Virus record (IMG/VR): IMGVR_UViG_3300045988_154277
DNA from: a virus
DNA: 64,000 nt
Direction: 5' to 3' (one strand)
In this document: positions 18,605-28,287 of the stretch, piece after piece
Layout of the letters: each line of letters opens with the position of its first letter
Numbering within the stretch: the first letter of the stretch is position 1
Position numbers and translations under genes: made by a program
Notes under the pieces: generated by a model
What the model was told of the DNA's origin: nothing
The model's input: the letters and a program-made list of their open reading frames with translations, nothing else
Database searches by the model: none

Positions 18605-19138
18605 TTAATTTGCCTTAACTTTGTCAATGACACGATTCAACTGATCTTCACTCGCCACGATGAACACATTCATCTGGATCGGTGCGTAAATCACCTTACC
18701 TTCACGAACAGCTTCAGACAACCACATCTCTCTGATGGGATTAGAATCTGTTGGCATCTGTTTTGGTTGTGGAACAATTTCAGGAACGATCGGTTCCGGT
18801 TTTACTTCCACTTTAGGTTCCTCTGTAACAACAGGTGTGGTAGTGATCGTTGGCTGTACAACAGATGTTGTTGGTTTTGCAACAGACTTGGCTGTACGAA
18901 CAAGTGACGTCTTCACTGAGTGAGGGATTTCACGTCCTTCACGAATGCTCTGCTCGATGATACCGATCTGAGTCCGCATCATTTCATCTTTGTATTTTTT
19001 CGTGTCTTTCCCTCTGCAAATGTCATTGCAGTACTTCTTGTCTCTATCAGCGTACTCGAAGGTTGCATTGCACGTGGCACAACGCTTAGGGTGAGCGTAA
19101 TAGAGGGCTTTCTTCTGTTTGAGAGTGAGTTCCGACAT
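18605..19138 (-). CDS. hypothetical protein with C4 zinc finger and Pro/Val/Thr-rich linker
   Basis: 177-aa ORF; CATCN...CNDIC. Confidence 0.6.
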   Translation of the reverse strand: MSELTLKQKKALYYAHPKRCATCNATFEYADRDKKYCNDICRGKDTKKYKDEMMRTQIGIIEQSIREGREIPHSVKTSLVRTAKSVAKPTTSVVQPTITTTPVVTEEPKVEVKPEPIVPEIVPQPKQMPTDSNPIREMWLSEAVREGKVIYAPIQMNVFIVASEDQLNRVIDKVKAN

Positions 19139-19253
19139 AATGTAAAATCCTTTCGTTTTGGGTTGGTTTCATAAGATATTATCATCCGCAGTAATTTTTT
19201 ACAGAGAATATATCTAGGTAAGTAGGGAGAACCTACTTACCTAGATAACACGG

Positions 19254-20114
19254 TTAACAAACAGATCTGAACAGATACATCATTTCAACTCTATCTCCAG
19301 AGGAACTAGGCGACATAATCTCCGTACAGATCCCCGGATCTTTCAATCCGATCGTGCTGAACATACGCTGAACTTCTTCTTGGATCGACGACGCATCACA
19401 TGCGTCATCTACAACAACATGTATCGCGTTGGCGATTAGATCAACCATCGGTTTGTGGTCTTTTCCGTTCTTGCGAATGTACCCACTTAGATCCTGACCT
19501 TCAAGCGCCGCATATATCGGGAGCATCGAAGTGTATCGTTTCGCTTGGTTGAAAATATCAAACAAGGGATAGAAACACATACTCGGAGCTTTGATGACGG
19601 TTGTGTAGTCAATAATCCCTCTATCATAACTACAACGAGCGACCTCGATCACTATGTCTCGATAGGTCAGGATTGCCGTTCCTGTATCATATCCTCCATC
19701 CAAGCGCTCTGTGCGATCGTGCAACCGAACATACAGATGATTCGATATTTGTTCATATTGAGCCAACATCGATTGCTGTTGCTGAACCAAGCAAGGATCG
19801 TTGATGGACATGTTGTTGAACTTGTGAACCAGTCCAAACAAGTATCCGATGAACGCTTGCATACGGACATATCCATCAGTCGAGTCAAGAGTTGGGAGGT
19901 ACTTCTTTACAGTCTCTGTGAATATCGAACCGTTCGCCAGAGCGAGTATGCATTTACGGAACAAGTCCGGGTATGCAACATCTTCATGTGTGAACAGTTC
20001 CAAACCGAACGGCTGTAGGAACATCCCTTTGTCGTTGAATTCGACAATCATCTCGGTATCATCGAAGTTGTTATACAACGATGTTGGTACGATGAAGCTT
20101 TGTGTTGTAACCAC
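19254..20114 (-). CDS. hypothetical protein (286 aa)
   Basis: ORF. Confidence 0.6.
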   Translation of the reverse strand: MVTTQSFIVPTSLYNNFDDTEMIVEFNDKGMFLQPFGLELFTHEDVAYPDLFRKCILALANGSIFTETVKKYLPTLDSTDGYVRMQAFIGYLFGLVHKFNNMSINDPCLVQQQQSMLAQYEQISNHLYVRLHDRTERLDGGYDTGTAILTYRDIVIEVARCSYDRGIIDYTTVIKAPSMCFYPLFDIFNQAKRYTSMLPIYAALEGQDLSGYIRKNGKDHKPMVDLIANAIHVVVDDACDASSIQEEVQRMFSTIGLKDPGICTEIMSPSSSGDRVEMMYLFRSVC

Positions 20115-20131
20115 TGTAACAGTCTCCTTTC

Positions 20132-20581
20132 TTAGACGACGAGGAAGTCGACTTTGTGGGCGACATGTGTTCTTCCACCTAGCGTGTTGATATCGCTATG
20201 TAGTTTCAGAGGGATGATCTTACCCTCGTAGTGAGAGAACTTCTCTTTCACAGCTTCGTTCCACTGAGGAGAAGTATCTGAAAGTTGAGTAAGCTTATTT
20301 GCGAAGTCAGAGAATGTCATCTCCATCGGAGTGCGTGTACTGCTGCTAAACAGAGACTCTATCCATCCCCTAACGAACTTCAGAAAAGCTTTCTCAAATG
20401 GATCCGTGTGAGAGGTTCCTATCGTACTTTTACATACAGATATGTCCATGCGGACATCGTGTGTTTCGATCATGCCACCCGCACGATTCGTTCTATACAG
20501 ATCGATCTCGATAGCTGGTCCACCATCCACAGCGAACACATCATGTTTGATCCAATCTTTGTAATCAACACATTCTTCCAT
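20132..20581 (-). CDS. hypothetical protein (149 aa)
   Basis: ORF. Confidence 0.55.
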   Translation of the reverse strand: MEECVDYKDWIKHDVFAVDGGPAIEIDLYRTNRAGGMIETHDVRMDISVCKSTIGTSHTDPFEKAFLKFVRGWIESLFSSSTRTPMEMTFSDFANKLTQLSDTSPQWNEAVKEKFSHYEGKIIPLKLHSDINTLGGRTHVAHKVDFLVV

Positions 20582-20584
20582 CGT

Positions 20585-21184
20585 TCACCTCCCTGTGGAT
20601 CCGAATCCTCCAGAACCTCTATCGGAATCTGTATCCAACGATTCAAACTCTTCTTTGTCGACAGAGATCAAATGAGTGATCGGTTGATAGAGGAACACCA
20701 ACTGGGCGATACGATCTCCACGTTTGATCTGATAAGGTTCTTGTTTCGTATTGAACATGATCACACAGATCTCTCCTTTGTACGACTGATCGATCGTACC
20801 AGGGCTGTTCAGAACGAAAAGACCTTGTTTCAGAGCAAGTCCTGATCTGGATCTCACATCTGCCAGCATGTGATACTGAACGATATCTAGTCCCATAGAA
20901 CGATCGACCTTGGGATGCATACAGATGTGTACCCCAGTATGCACAAGTGTTACACTCATCGGAGCAAGGGTGATATCCTCTTTACTTCGCAGATCATATC
21001 CAGCATCATCATCGTGAGCTTTCGATGGGATGAGATCCTCACAACCTTCATCCATTAAAAGGTGTACATTCTGGGAGATGTGATATGAACACTGTGGCTC
21101 ATTCCAATTGACTGTTATGAGATTGTCGGCTTCCGATGGATATGTCATCTCATTAAAATTTGGCTGTTTGGGTTCTTCAGACAT
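20585..21184 (-). CDS. dut: dUTPase with about 60-aa N-terminal extension
   Basis: motifs AGYDL, GTIDQSYKGEI, RIAQLV typical of trimeric dUTPase. Confidence 0.85.
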   Translation of the reverse strand: MSEEPKQPNFNEMTYPSEADNLITVNWNEPQCSYHISQNVHLLMDEGCEDLIPSKAHDDDAGYDLRSKEDITLAPMSVTLVHTGVHICMHPKVDRSMGLDIVQYHMLADVRSRSGLALKQGLFVLNSPGTIDQSYKGEICVIMFNTKQEPYQIKRGDRIAQLVFLYQPITHLISVDKEEFESLDTDSDRGSGGFGSTGR

Positions 21185-21208
21185 AGTAACTCTCCTGTAA
21201 ATATAGAT

Positions 21209-21236
21209 GTAAGGGTGGAGTATACTCCACCCTTAC
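21209..21236 (-). terminator. hairpin terminator
   Basis: gtaagggtggagta-tactccacccttac. Confidence 0.55.
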
Positions 21237-21249
21237 AGAGGTTTATCGG

Positions 21250-21840
21250 TTAGAAATAATCGTCAGATGCAGCAGCTCCACCATTGGAACCACCGTTGTT
21301 ACGAGCTCCACCACTGGAGCCTCCACCATTCTGTTCTCTCCGTTTGTTGGTAAGAACCATCTGGAGAGGAACGGTCGTGTTCAACCAGTTGCGCAGATCA
21401 TCGATACCGTAGAACGACGCATCCGCTTCGCTGATGTTGTCAGACCCGAAGGACACACCATAAGCTCCACGGATCGGAGCATCGTAACGATTGCCTTTCC
21501 AGTTCACGATGATGTGGTAAACCAGTTTCTCATCCTTTTGAAGTTCGATACCCCATTCCGGAACTTGTTTCTTCTGTTCGTTGTCCCAGCGGGAGAAGAT
21601 GATGGGATCTTTGGTACCGGGGGATTTGGAGATCAACGAGTTGATGTGATCCCACAAGATCCGTTGACGGATCGGGTTGAGCGTCTGACTCCAGAACGCT
21701 TTCCACTCTCCCGTCTTGTTGACTCCGATCCGAAGGGAACCACCGAACACGCTGAACGAGATTTCTTCCGTTCCCGTTGCGCATTTGAACTTACGATCCG
21801 CATAACGCAGATCACCGAGACCATACGGTACGTTAGCCAT
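21250..21840 (-). CDS. possible single-stranded DNA-binding protein (Gly-rich tail ending SDDYF)
   Basis: C-terminus NGGGSSGGARNNGGSNGGAAASDDYF resembles the SSB Gly-rich linker plus acidic tip (DDDIPF); the fold is not verified. Confidence 0.35.
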   Translation of the reverse strand: MANVPYGLGDLRYADRKFKCATGTEEISFSVFGGSLRIGVNKTGEWKAFWSQTLNPIRQRILWDHINSLISKSPGTKDPIIFSRWDNEQKKQVPEWGIELQKDEKLVYHIIVNWKGNRYDAPIRGAYGVSFGSDNISEADASFYGIDDLRNWLNTTVPLQMVLTNKRREQNGGGSSGGARNNGGSNGGAAASDDYF

Positions 21841-21870
21841 ACTTGTAACTCCTATGTGTTGTGATGGGTG

Positions 21871-22749
21871 TTATTTACTTGTGATTTGGAAAGGAACCCT
21901 TACTCCGATCTCATGTAACCGTTCTTTGGTCCACTGTGGAGTATGGATATTCCAATGTTCGTGGGTGGCTACTTCGATCAACTTCTTCTTGACACCTGGG
22001 GAGATCGAGGATTTAATATCCACACTATCTCCCAACACAGCGTGTGTGTAAATGTTGAAGGGAAGGACATCCGTACCGAACACCTTATGGTTCAAGTCCT
22101 CTGGTTTTAAAACATGACCAGTGAAACTTTGAACCAACCGATAGTGTGATGTTGACTTACAGATGTGATAATCCAAAGGATGACTGGTCACATGAGTGAT
22201 CCTGTGGTTGTTCTTGATGTATCCCAACTCGATATCCAGAAGCTTATGTGGGAACTCACCATTCAAGATCGGGATCTCGATCAGGGTGATGTTCCTCACT
22301 TTGGTTACCGAACGTTTGGGCGTCATCGACGAGATCAACAACTGTTCTGCTGTTGTCAACACACGTTTCCCAGGTGTTGGTACACGGTACGACGTCGACG
22401 GGATCGTCTTCTGATAATCACAGAAGTAAGCGATCAACGTCGGGTTTAAGATACTCTTGTTCGCATCGAACATCTCCACGATATCATTCAGTAACATGGA
22501 GATCTCCGCTTTGGTGCGATTCAACAACGACATGGAAGGACGATCGGTCTCCTTACCCAGTCGTTTTTCTGCTCGAACCATCTCCGAGATCTTCTCTGTC
22601 TGTGCACAGTTACGGATGATGGTTGCGACATTGAACATCACGATCTCCGCAGGACTGTCTCGCCTTATGATCTCATCGATCAACGAGTTGTACATGGGAG
22701 TCGTCCCATACGAGTATTTTGAATTCTCGAGATCAATTGGCTGTATCAT
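21871..22749 (-). CDS. hypothetical protein (292 aa)
   Basis: ORF overlapping the gp47-like gene start. Confidence 0.6.
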   Translation of the reverse strand: MIQPIDLENSKYSYGTTPMYNSLIDEIIRRDSPAEIVMFNVATIIRNCAQTEKISEMVRAEKRLGKETDRPSMSLLNRTKAEISMLLNDIVEMFDANKSILNPTLIAYFCDYQKTIPSTSYRVPTPGKRVLTTAEQLLISSMTPKRSVTKVRNITLIEIPILNGEFPHKLLDIELGYIKNNHRITHVTSHPLDYHICKSTSHYRLVQSFTGHVLKPEDLNHKVFGTDVLPFNIYTHAVLGDSVDIKSSISPGVKKKLIEVATHEHWNIHTPQWTKERLHEIGVRVPFQITSK

Positions 22750-23872
22750 CGAGGATCTCCTTGATTTCTTGTTCTGTCAACGGTGTATCCGTTCCTTTCA
22801 GACTCTCTGCTATCATAGAGGGTAAATTGTCCTCTGTGATCACAGGTAGTTCATCTAGTACTTGAACCAGTTCTTCCGTATTAACATCTTGAGTGACGGT
22901 TGACTTCTTGGTCACAACAACATTGTGGAAGTTGTCTTTCACATAGGCTGCGACGAAGTCACTGTTCCCTGCGATCCTTAAGAAGATCTTAAGATCAGGG
23001 TCTTTCCTTTGTTCACGGATCTTATCAACAACAGACCCGATCCTTATCAGTGCATCCTCAACATTGAACGTGGTGTCCAAGTCTACGGTTACGAACGGGA
23101 TCGCATCTTCGTTGATAACAAATGTATACTGTATCTTGTGAGTAGTTGGAGTATAGGTGAGGAGGAAGTATCCTTTATCCTCTTCTTCTCCGTGTTGTAG
23201 TCTCTCAAAACTTCCCCCATTGAACACTTTCTTGTACACATTGGGTATATGCACATGTCCATTCAAGATCGCACCTTGGATATAAGGTTCAATCCTGTTG
23301 TAGATCAGTGTGTTGTGTGGTAACTGAGTCAATCCCTTCGGTAGGAGATGTTCCCAGTACCCATGGGAGAATAAGAAGTCTACTTTCTTCAACTTGTGTG
23401 CTTCGATTACATCGATCACCGCTTGTGTGACATCCTGATAAGGTTGATCATCCGGACAATACACAACCGAGATTTTCAGATCTTCGAACAGTTCCAATTC
23501 GATGTTGTCGATCACTCGAACCAAGGGTTTGTTGTGTAACATCAGAGGGTTCCTGTAGTTCTTCGTCAGAAACAGCCTGTTCTGGTAACGGTCGTGAGAG
23601 AACGTACCTCTCACGACCCTGATGTAAAACTGATAACGCTCGGCGTATTGAATCAACTCATCTACGATCAATGCGGCATATATGCCATCGTCACTGTTCA
23701 AGTTGCACAGTCTGTCAAAGAAATCACCTACGATCGCTAGGATCTGTATCTCTTCTAATTTGGGATATACATACTTCACAAGATGTTCGTGTACCATGTG
23801 TGGTGGTACATTGGGTCGACCGATATGGAGATCAGTCAATTCCAATATCTTAACATCAGAGTGGTTCGACAT
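22733..23872 (-). CDS. Mre11/SbcD-like recombination nuclease (T4 gp47-like)
   Basis: phosphoesterase motifs LTDLHIG, GDFFDR, SHDRY, GH..H; N-terminal alignment to T4 gp47 MKILNLGDWHLG..GDIFD. Confidence 0.8.
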   Translation of the reverse strand: MSNHSDVKILELTDLHIGRPNVPPHMVHEHLVKYVYPKLEEIQILAIVGDFFDRLCNLNSDDGIYAALIVDELIQYAERYQFYIRVVRGTFSHDRYQNRLFLTKNYRNPLMLHNKPLVRVIDNIELELFEDLKISVVYCPDDQPYQDVTQAVIDVIEAHKLKKVDFLFSHGYWEHLLPKGLTQLPHNTLIYNRIEPYIQGAILNGHVHIPNVYKKVFNGGSFERLQHGEEEDKGYFLLTYTPTTHKIQYTFVINEDAIPFVTVDLDTTFNVEDALIRIGSVVDKIREQRKDPDLKIFLRIAGNSDFVAAYVKDNFHNVVVTKKSTVTQDVNTEELVQVLDELPVITEDNLPSMIAESLKGTDTPLTEQEIKEILDDTAN

Positions 23873-24497
23873 CTACATCCTCTATATTCGTGCGTATCTG
23901 TTCTGTATGGGATGTAGCACCATCCGTTGTGTTAGAAATAACACGGTTCGGATCTCGAATCGCACCTTGACGTTTCAATGTGTTCGTCATCCGTTCGGCT
24001 TGATGACGAGCTTCATTGAGCTGACTCTCTGGGTTCGCCATACGGATCGCGCGTTCAAAGTACGAACCCCACATGATCTTCTTCCTGTCGAACTCATCAG
24101 GAAGTTTACACGCGTTGGCGAATGCCGTAGCGATATCACTTCCTTCTTTCACAACATTCACAGGATTGATCCTGTTGAACATCGGAGGGATCTCTAGAAC
24201 GATCTCGTTGGTATCATCCTCTTTGATCCTTACAGGGTCGAAGTTGGAGAACCGGTTCATCCACTCGATACAGAGTTCGTTGAATCGTTCATCTCCGATC
24301 TCATCTCTTCCTGTTAAACGGAAGATCGGTTCGTACTGACGGAACTCTGAAAGATAGATCGTGTTACGGGCTAACTTCGCTTCCCGTAATACCTCGAATG
24401 CTTTCTGAGCTTCTTCATCATCTTCATTCATCCGCTCCACTCGGATGTGTAAGTCTTCATCCGGTACAGATACGAATGGCTGGTTATCAATATCCAT
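23856..24497 (-). CDS. hypothetical protein (213 aa)
   Basis: ORF. Confidence 0.6.
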   Translation of the reverse strand: MDIDNQPFVSVPDEDLHIRVERMNEDDEEAQKAFEVLREAKLARNTIYLSEFRQYEPIFRLTGRDEIGDERFNELCIEWMNRFSNFDPVRIKEDDTNEIVLEIPPMFNRINPVNVVKEGSDIATAFANACKLPDEFDRKKIMWGSYFERAIRMANPESQLNEARHQAERMTNTLKRQGAIRDPNRVISNTTDGATSHTEQIRTNIEDVDVEPL

Positions 24498-24894
24498 GAG
24501 TATCGATCTCCTTTAAATCAGATTTCAACAGGATTTCACCATCTCTCACCACAACGTCATCCATATTGATCACGGGGACGTTCATCCCATCTGCGATGCG
24601 GATGATCAGAGTGTAAGTGTTCACACCTACCTGTTCGTAACTGACGTTCGCTTGCCAGTCTGCGTGGTAACGCTTCACAGCCGCATCCAAATAACGTTGT
24701 AATGCCTGTGGAAAGTCGGGCACATCTTGTGTGTATTGAGCCCTGATCTTTCGCATGGATACGAGAGTATCTTCGATCTGGCTGGAGGTCCAACCAGGGT
24801 TCCATATCGCAAACTTCAACAGGGATGCCATGATCTGGCTGTCATCCGTGATGATCGGTTGATTGATATTCAATGTAGGTAATGCGTAAGGCAT
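24487..24894 (-). CDS. hypothetical protein (135 aa)
   Basis: ORF. Confidence 0.55.
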   Translation of the reverse strand: MPYALPTLNINQPIITDDSQIMASLLKFAIWNPGWTSSQIEDTLVSMRKIRAQYTQDVPDFPQALQRYLDAAVKRYHADWQANVSYEQVGVNTYTLIIRIADGMNVPVINMDDVVVRDGEILLKSDLKEIDTHGY

Positions 24895-25013
24895 GATAAT
24901 AGTCTCCTTCTGTATCGGATGGTCAGTAGTTCACAGAATCTATATCGACTCCATCCTATGTCAAAAGATGTACAGTATACCAAGGATATTAACCCTTATA
25001 AAAGGATATCACC

Positions 25014-26060
25014 ATGAAGACTGATTTTCCATACAAGGCTCAACTGGAGAAGATCGGCGATCACTCCATCGAAGAACTGATGCACCTGCAGCTTGCACAG
25101 CAGATCGAATCGGATACCACTCAGCTGGATGAACTGGATGCTCATCTGGATGAAGTGACATATCTGTACGGACTGCGAGATGCGGTGCTCCTGAAAGGTG
25201 TCACACCTGCGATCTTCCAAGACTACCAGGAACACATGTGGTCGAAGTACGAGTTCGATCTGGAACCGTTCGTCAACGGCAGCAACGAACAACTGACCTA
25301 CTGCATGGAAGGACTGGGTTCGATCATCACCAGGATCCTGCTCAAGATCAAAGAGATCATCACAGCTGTGATGGAGTGGTTCTCTACAGAATCGATCTTC
25401 AAGACCTGGTTCAACAATATGTCGTTCTACAAACGTCAACTCAATATCCTCTACAGCGAGTATAATCCGAAACGTGACAGAGTAATAAGAGATGTCTATG
25501 GAAGACAGTTCATCTCTGGATACGACTACGGGACCTATACACGACTGTTGTCGGCGATGAGTGTGTTCATCACACACATCAAAAAGATCAATGTTCCTGC
25601 TGACATATCCAAATTTGGAGACACCGCATCTGTAGATGAGCTGAACGATAAGCTGTATCAGTGCGGTTATATACTTGACGAAACACACATCTATGCGACT
25701 GGAGCAATCACCTATCGTAGAGATACGATCCTGGCGATGGGATGGACCGTCAACTCTGTATTCAAGAAATACAACGATCTTCAGAATTACATCTTCAAAC
25801 ACGATCTTGATCTGGGTAAGCTGAAATACGCACTTACCCGTGCCACGATCCAGTGGTCACGGAATATCGATGATCTGCTGAAGAACAAAGTTCCGATGAC
25901 AGATGCTCAACTCCAGAATGCGCAGATGATGAAGATCAGCTGTGTACTCCTGAAACGACTGACACGATTGGTAATGCAGCAAAGCTCTGGCATGGCTGCA
26001 CAGTGGTGCCGGATGGTACGACTGATCGATGCAGCATTGCCTGCGAACACCAATTATTGA
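25014..26060 (+). CDS. hypothetical protein (348 aa), a rare plus-strand gene
   Basis: AAAGGA RBS; convergent terminator at 26074-26108; the antisense ORF 24996-25802 has junk composition. Confidence 0.65.
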   Translation: MKTDFPYKAQLEKIGDHSIEELMHLQLAQQIESDTTQLDELDAHLDEVTYLYGLRDAVLLKGVTPAIFQDYQEHMWSKYEFDLEPFVNGSNEQLTYCMEGLGSIITRILLKIKEIITAVMEWFSTESIFKTWFNNMSFYKRQLNILYSEYNPKRDRVIRDVYGRQFISGYDYGTYTRLLSAMSVFITHIKKINVPADISKFGDTASVDELNDKLYQCGYILDETHIYATGAITYRRDTILAMGWTVNSVFKKYNDLQNYIFKHDLDLGKLKYALTRATIQWSRNIDDLLKNKVPMTDAQLQNAQMMKISCVLLKRLTRLVMQQSSGMAAQWCRMVRLIDAALPANTNY

Positions 26061-26073
26061 ACAAAAGAAAAGG

Positions 26074-26108
26074 TTCCCTATACGGAGGATCAACCTCCGT
26101 ATAGGGAA
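26074..26108. terminator. bidirectional terminator between convergent genes
   Basis: ttccctatacggagg-atcaa-cctccgtatagggaa. Confidence 0.6.
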
Positions 26109-26115
26109 CACTTAT

Positions 26116-26778
26116 TTATCGACGTTTCTTACGACGTAACTGACCGATCTTGTTCGAAGGATCGGTGGGATCTCGCATCTCACCACCTTCACGCATCTGA
26201 TCTCTCAGATACTTCTCGACCCAATCACGGGTCGCTTCGATCGCATCAAGTTCATCGAAGGTAAGGTTCGGGTCCGTGGTCACCCACTCTTCCACCATGT
26301 AGTCGGGGATCTTCCCATCTGCATAGAAGTTCTTGTTGAGTGTCACTTTGCCGTTGTCGATCAGACGTCCGAAGACATCCTCTTGTGGAAGGTTCTCTTT
26401 GCAGAACCCATATCCGTAGATCCGATCTTGCTCGAACAGTTCCCGGATGGGTTGATACATCAATATCGGCAGCTGCATCGATACTGGTGTATTATACAGT
26501 TGCTCTTCGCTGGTGATCGCTTGGATCTGGAGAGGGTTCGATACAGCAAGAGAAGTCTGCTGGACCATCATGTTCGTATCAACCAGTTGCGTCTGAACCA
26601 ACGTCATCAGGTTGTTGAACCGATCTGCCAGGGGATCTCCTGCCTGTCCGAAGATCACTCCGTTCTGGTTCCCATACTGGTGGTTGAGATAACTCAGTAC
26701 ATCCGAAGTTGCACTGGTTCCCAACAGAGAACCCAAAGACGGGGTGATCAACGCTTCTGCTAGTGGTGCGATATACAT
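26116..26778 (-). CDS. hypothetical protein (220 aa) coupled to the ACP gene
   Basis: GAGGTGA RBS overlapping the ACP stop; basic C-terminus RRKKRR. Confidence 0.6.
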   Translation of the reverse strand: MYIAPLAEALITPSLGSLLGTSATSDVLSYLNHQYGNQNGVIFGQAGDPLADRFNNLMTLVQTQLVDTNMMVQQTSLAVSNPLQIQAITSEEQLYNTPVSMQLPILMYQPIRELFEQDRIYGYGFCKENLPQEDVFGRLIDNGKVTLNKNFYADGKIPDYMVEEWVTTDPNLTFDELDAIEATRDWVEKYLRDQMREGGEMRDPTDPSNKIGQLRRKKRR

Positions 26779-26786
26779 AAGTCACC

Positions 26787-27086
26787 TCACTTGGAGGCTT
26801 CTTCTGCATCACTTCCAGACGCGGACACCTCTTCTGATTCTGCGGGATTGAGAACACGATCCATCAGATCCACGACATCCTTCACGGTGACACACTTCTC
26901 AGCATCTTCATCCGTGATGTTGACATTGTACTCTTCTTCGAAGGACATCAGAACTTCGACTTTGTCGAGGCTGTCCATCGTCAGATCTTCCAAGGTCATA
27001 TCCTCGGTGATCGGATCATCTTGATCGTAAGCCACCTGTTCTGAGATGACTTCGATTACTTTCTGTTTGACTTCTTCACGAGTCAT
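26787..27086 (-). CDS. acyl carrier protein homolog with acidic C-terminal extension
   Basis: aligns along its length to E. coli AcpP: LEDLTMDSLDKVEVLMSFEEEY versus [22 protein letters not shown] (the DSL serine is the phosphopantetheine site); EDAEKCVTVKDVVDLM versus EEAEKITTVQAAIDYI. Confidence 0.75.
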   Translation of the reverse strand: MTREEVKQKVIEVISEQVAYDQDDPITEDMTLEDLTMDSLDKVEVLMSFEEEYNVNITDEDAEKCVTVKDVVDLMDRVLNPAESEEVSASGSDAEEASK

Positions 27087-27095
27087 TCCATTCTC

Positions 27096-27365
27096 CTATG
27101 CAGGTTGTTCAGCTTCGTCGAACTGTCTGGGATCGTTGATATAACAGTTCAAGGCGATCGCTGCTTCTTTCGTGATCATGACATCACTTGTGATCCCGAT
27201 GTCATCTCCCGCCAACAGTACATTAGCAGGGTGCATGTTCATTAATGCAGGTATCATTTGCAACTCTTTGATGGATACTCCATTCATCGCTACTACCCGT
27301 GCCTTATACACGGGGCTAGACTGTCCTTTCGTCATATGTACACGTGCACTTGTACAGTTAGACAT
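27096..27365 (-). CDS. hypothetical protein (about 89 aa from Met57; the ORF-track N-terminal extension to 27533 is doubtful)
   Basis: stop TAG sits inside the ACP RBS (tight coupling); TGGAGACGGTATG RBS for Met57; the upstream 200 nt is GC/purine-rich and looks like structured RNA. Confidence 0.4.
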   Translation of the reverse strand: MSNCTSARVHMTKGQSSPVYKARVVAMNGVSIKELQMIPALMNMHPANVLLAGDDIGITSDVMITKEAAIALNCYINDPRQFDEAEQPA

Positions 27366-28124
27366 ACCGTCTCCAGTCGTTGAAGCGGATCTATCAAGTT
27401 GAACTCCTTCAGTACCCGTTAAGTACCTCAACCGTGGTCTATCGGGCTCGCTAGACGCTACTCTAGCACCTTCTCTCTTCGTGGAGATGTGCGCTTCGCA
27501 CCCTACTACCTTACCCCTCACCCGGCAGGCCATTCACTTGATATATTTAGATCTGAGCTGCTGATAGCACCATTTTGCTGATCATACACATCGACTGTAA
27601 CCATCTATGTTCAACATATAGCAAATCAAGGTTGTTACACCAAAATTACAGTCGTATGCATCATCAACCATCGATAGAGAACCGGAGTGTGGTCAAGATA
27701 GAGCAACACGTATCGAATGTGCGCTACAACACCAGCCACGCGATGTATCTCCAGCTTTTATTTCATCTCATCGACATCCCAAGACGTTGTTTCTGTCTCA
27801 CGACACCTCAGTGAGGTCTCTTGGGCTTTAGGACGTCCCAGCTATTTACGGTAATTCACGCACACAGTTTCCTGTATACGGGCCAATGATCGGTTAGATC
27901 ATAAGCATCTCCATCATAGTCACTTACATTCCAAGTACTAGCGTGTGATTCAAGTACTCCGGTTCGCTTAAGGAACCTGCCCATACTCTTCGTATGGAAA
28001 TCGATTATATCTCAACCCTCAGCTTGATCTGTTAGGGCAACCTTCGTTTACGTCTACCATTACACACGTTGTAGACCTACGTGGTCTTTCACCACTAATC
28101 TGTGAACACATCCTGATAATAGTT

Positions 28125-28209
28125 TGGTAGGCGATAAGGGACTCGAACCCTTACGTCTTACGACACTGGATCCTAAATCCAGAGCGTCTACCAATTCCGC
28201 CAATCGCCC
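28125..28209 (-). tRNA. tRNA-Leu (anticodon UAG), class II, CCA encoded
   Basis: acceptor GGGCGAT/ATCGCCT; anticodon arm CTGGA-TTTAGGA-TCCAG; long variable arm; T-arm AAGGG-TTCGAGT-CCCTT; ACCA. Confidence 0.8.
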
Positions 28210-28212
28210 AAA

Positions 28213-28287
28213 TGGAGCCCCGTGCAGGAATTGAACCCGCCTCCCAACCTTACAAGGGTTGACTTGAGCCACTCAAGCTAACGGGGC
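28213..28287 (-). tRNA. tRNA-Thr (anticodon UGU), CCA encoded
   Basis: acceptor GCCCCGT/ACGGGGC; anticodon arm CAACC-CTTGTAA-GGTTG; T-arm GCGGG-TTCAATT-CCTGC; TCCA. Confidence 0.7.

Noticed and set aside
24996-25802. 268-aa minus-strand ORF overlapping the plus-strand gene 25014-26060
   Set aside because: Its composition (Leu/Arg/Cys/His-rich, many charged runs) is typical of an antisense shadow. The plus-strand ORF has an RBS, a terminator and protein-like composition.
27096-27300. Second exon of beta' carrying the NADFDGD motif (MHPANVLLAGDDIGITSD)
   Set aside because: The Asp spacing does not match the D-F-D-G-D pattern, and the alignment to the beta' active-site region is unconvincing.
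27366-27533. N-terminal 56 codons of ORF 27096-27533 (MACRVRGKVVGCEAH...); a PanD/aspartate decarboxylase resemblance was considered
   Set aside because: The GC- and purine-rich block looks like structured RNA. There is no RBS at Met1 but a plausible one at Met57. The PanD-like resemblance (R-V-V-x-x-N-G ... G-D-x-I-x-I) is weak, and the Gly-Ser autoprocessing site is absent.
27380-27540. RNase P RNA (GGTAAGG...GGGTGCGAAGCGCAC resembles the conserved region II)
   Set aside because: The P4-forming conserved regions (GGAAAGUCCGGGCUCC and ACAGAA.CCGGCUUA) were not found nearby.
28060-28272. 70-aa minus-strand ORF
   Set aside because: Entirely overlaps tRNA-Leu and tRNA-Thr.
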